Assembly (NCBI RefSeq): GCF_036365525.1
Contig: NC_090404.1
Span: forward strand, 3,844,001 to 3,908,000
Reading direction: 5' to 3'
DNA length: 64,000 nt
Origin: Heterodontus francisci
Lineage: Eukaryota
Position numbers and translations under genes: made by a program. The stretch's first letter is position 1. Each line of letters opens with the position of its first letter. Positions 61,860 to 64,000 of this stretch are shown here, piece after piece. The notes beneath the pieces are model-generated. The model made no database searches and was not told the DNA's origin. It saw nothing but the letters and a program-made list of their open reading frames with translations.

Positions 61860-62380
61860 ATCCACACTTCAGGGAGGATGTCAAGGCCTTGGGGAGCTTG
61901 CAGAGGAGATTAATGGATTTGGATCAGGGATGAAAGACTTCAGTTATGTGGAGAGATTAGAGAAACTGAGTTTGTTCTCCTTAGACCAGAGACGGTTATA
62001 GGGACATTTAATAGCGGTGTTATAAATGATGCAAGGTTTTGAGAGTGTTGCGAATGCGGTGCTATTTCCATTGGTAGCAATGTTTGTTAACCAGAGGACA
62101 CAGATTTCAGATAAATGGTAAAGGAAGCGGGGAGGGGACGAGACGACATTTTTATGCAGCGAATTGTCATGAACTGGAATAAATTCCCTGAAAGGGTTTA
62201 CAACGCAAATTCAACAGTAATTTTTAGAAGGGGATAGGATAGTTACTTGACAAGGGAAGATTTTAGGGGCATTAGAGAAAGACCAGGAGAGTGGAAGTGA
62301 TTGGATAGCTCTTTCAAAAAGTCGACAAGATAAGCCGAACGGCCTCCTGCTGTGCTGTCAGATTCCATGATTCTATGAAT
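61860..62380 (+). mobile_element. Old CR1 3' fragment (paralogue of 5060-5570)
   Basis: Same 5' truncation point and flanks as the copy at 5 kb. Confidence 0.8.
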
Positions 62381-63029
62381 TTCAGTTGCATCAATCAACA
62401 GTTTTGAAATTATGTCACCTGAACACATTAGGCATTTTAGTAGCATCTTGGCTAAAGTGATTTGACTCTGATTTCCGAATCAGCAGATTGTGGATTTCAC
62501 CTCAACTTCAGAATCTGAACATATTAACTCGGTTTCCAATCTGTGCAATGCTGAAAAGGCACTAACTTTCCGGCGACAATCTGAAACAGCAATCCGCTCC
62601 TCCCACCCCCGCCCCCACCCCCCCCCCCCCCCATCCCTTGTCTCTTAAGGTGGGCATTAAAACTCCCATGGTTCCACATTGGGTCCTGGTCAACAGTCCT
62701 TTCTTCAACCAAGATTAACAAAGTTCCATTAACAGGAATTGACAACTATGCTTTATTGTTGATGTTTTAGTGCACAAAATGGCCACGTTCATCTGTAATT
62801 GGTTGCACTTTAAATAAGTTGGGAACTCCTGCAGAAGGTGATGAGCTGGTACATCAGTGCAAGTTACATCACTGTACTCAGTCTCACTTTTATCTGTCCG
62901 GCTAGTATATGATGAGGAAAGATGGCAAAAGGGCGGGTTCAATCCCCGTACCAGCCGTGGTAGTTTATGGAGGCTTGCCCCACGCTTGAGGATTGGTGAC
63001 CCTCAAGCTACCAGGCAGGCATTGAACTG

Positions 63030-63395
63030 GTCTATCGTACGGTGCCTCACTTAGCTGCAAAGGTACGTTGATCAAAAATTTTAAGAATGAGTACATATAT
63101 GCACCGAGCTTCTGCACAGTGGGGGCCTCCCTCAATTGCACAGGTACATTTCTTATAGTGTTAACCACTGAGCATAGAGTGACAATGAGCTGATCTACCG
63201 TGGGGAGCCTCACTCAACTGCATAGTTACATTGTTAAGATTTGTCGAATTCTAACTATTGAATACAGACAGTATCTTGGTTGATGCACAGAAGGGACCTG
63301 CCTCACCTATGCAGGTACGTTGCTTGGATTTTAAACGTAGAAGGCTTCCAAATACAGGACTGATTCCCCCATGGGGGCTTCACTCACTTTGCTGT
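63030..63395. repeat. Degenerate ~80-bp tandem repeat
   Basis: GGGGCCTCACTCAACTGCACAGGTACATT-like core at ~63040, 63120, 63200, 63300, 63375. Confidence 0.55.
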
Positions 63396-64000
63396 GATCT
63401 TCCTTTCATTGTACTACGCCATTCTTTGAACCCGCTGTTTATTGTTCTGCTCCCTGTTGGGAATTTTTTAAACCTCTATTTATCCCCATCTTCCTGTTTT
63501 TTCCTTTTGCTGCTTTCTCGCCATCTCCCTAATTGCCTTCAGAATTCCCGGATACCCGCATTGTCATAAACAGATGGGGAAAACCATTTGAAAGAGATGT
63601 TGAAAAAACAGACAGGTAACAGAAAAAAACAACGAACATGTTAAAATAAAACAATTATTCTTATGAAATAGGATAATGCAAGTGGTTGAATGAAATGAAG
63701 ATCTGATCAAAGTCCCTGTGGAGGTGAGTACAAGTTCTGTTCGTGGATCAGCTCCCCATATAGCAGCCCTTTGACTCAGTCCCGGCGGCAGAGGCCTCAA
63801 AGAGGCCCAAGAAGGAATCATCGGGGAGACTGGCACATGGCAGAAGCCATCGCACACCCAATCGCCACCACCATCACCATCACTCTAGATACAGGCAACT
63901 CGCCTTGGACTCTTCCACAGCAGGAGGTGGGGCGGCGGGGTCTATGACGCAGGAAGCTGTTACCTGGTAGGTGAGTGGCTCTAGACTGGGCAGAACGGGG

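Overview
Repeat-rich cartilaginous-fish (shark) genomic DNA. The Ig proteins closely resemble horn shark (Heterodontus) sequences as I recall them; the species call is an inference. The core is a complete IgM heavy-chain cluster on the + strand (28667-43699): leader, one germline-joined VDJ exon, CH1-CH4, secretory tail, TM1 and TM2. The canonical product is broken twice, by a 1-nt deletion in CH1 and a tRNA-derived SINE inside CH4. Leader, VDJ, CH2, CH3, TM1 and TM2 remain open with intact splice sites. About 11 kb downstream, on the - strand, lies a T-cell-receptor alpha/delta-type V segment with promoter, leader, V exon and canonical 23-RSS, and one in-frame stop. The Ig cluster begins just after a short interstitial telomere tract that truncates a LINE. 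Both genes lie between two diverged copies of a ~1.3 kb block, which suggests an old duplication unit of ~52-57 kb. The rest is CR1 LINEs (several nested), a Tx1-clade LINE, Penelope fragments with hammerhead-like motifs, SINEs, 27-bp and 34-bp satellites and two assembly gaps. The most interesting hypothesis is that skipping the two damaged exons gives an in-frame, CH1-less, membrane-only fixed-specificity heavy chain whose V domain has lost light-chain interface residues.
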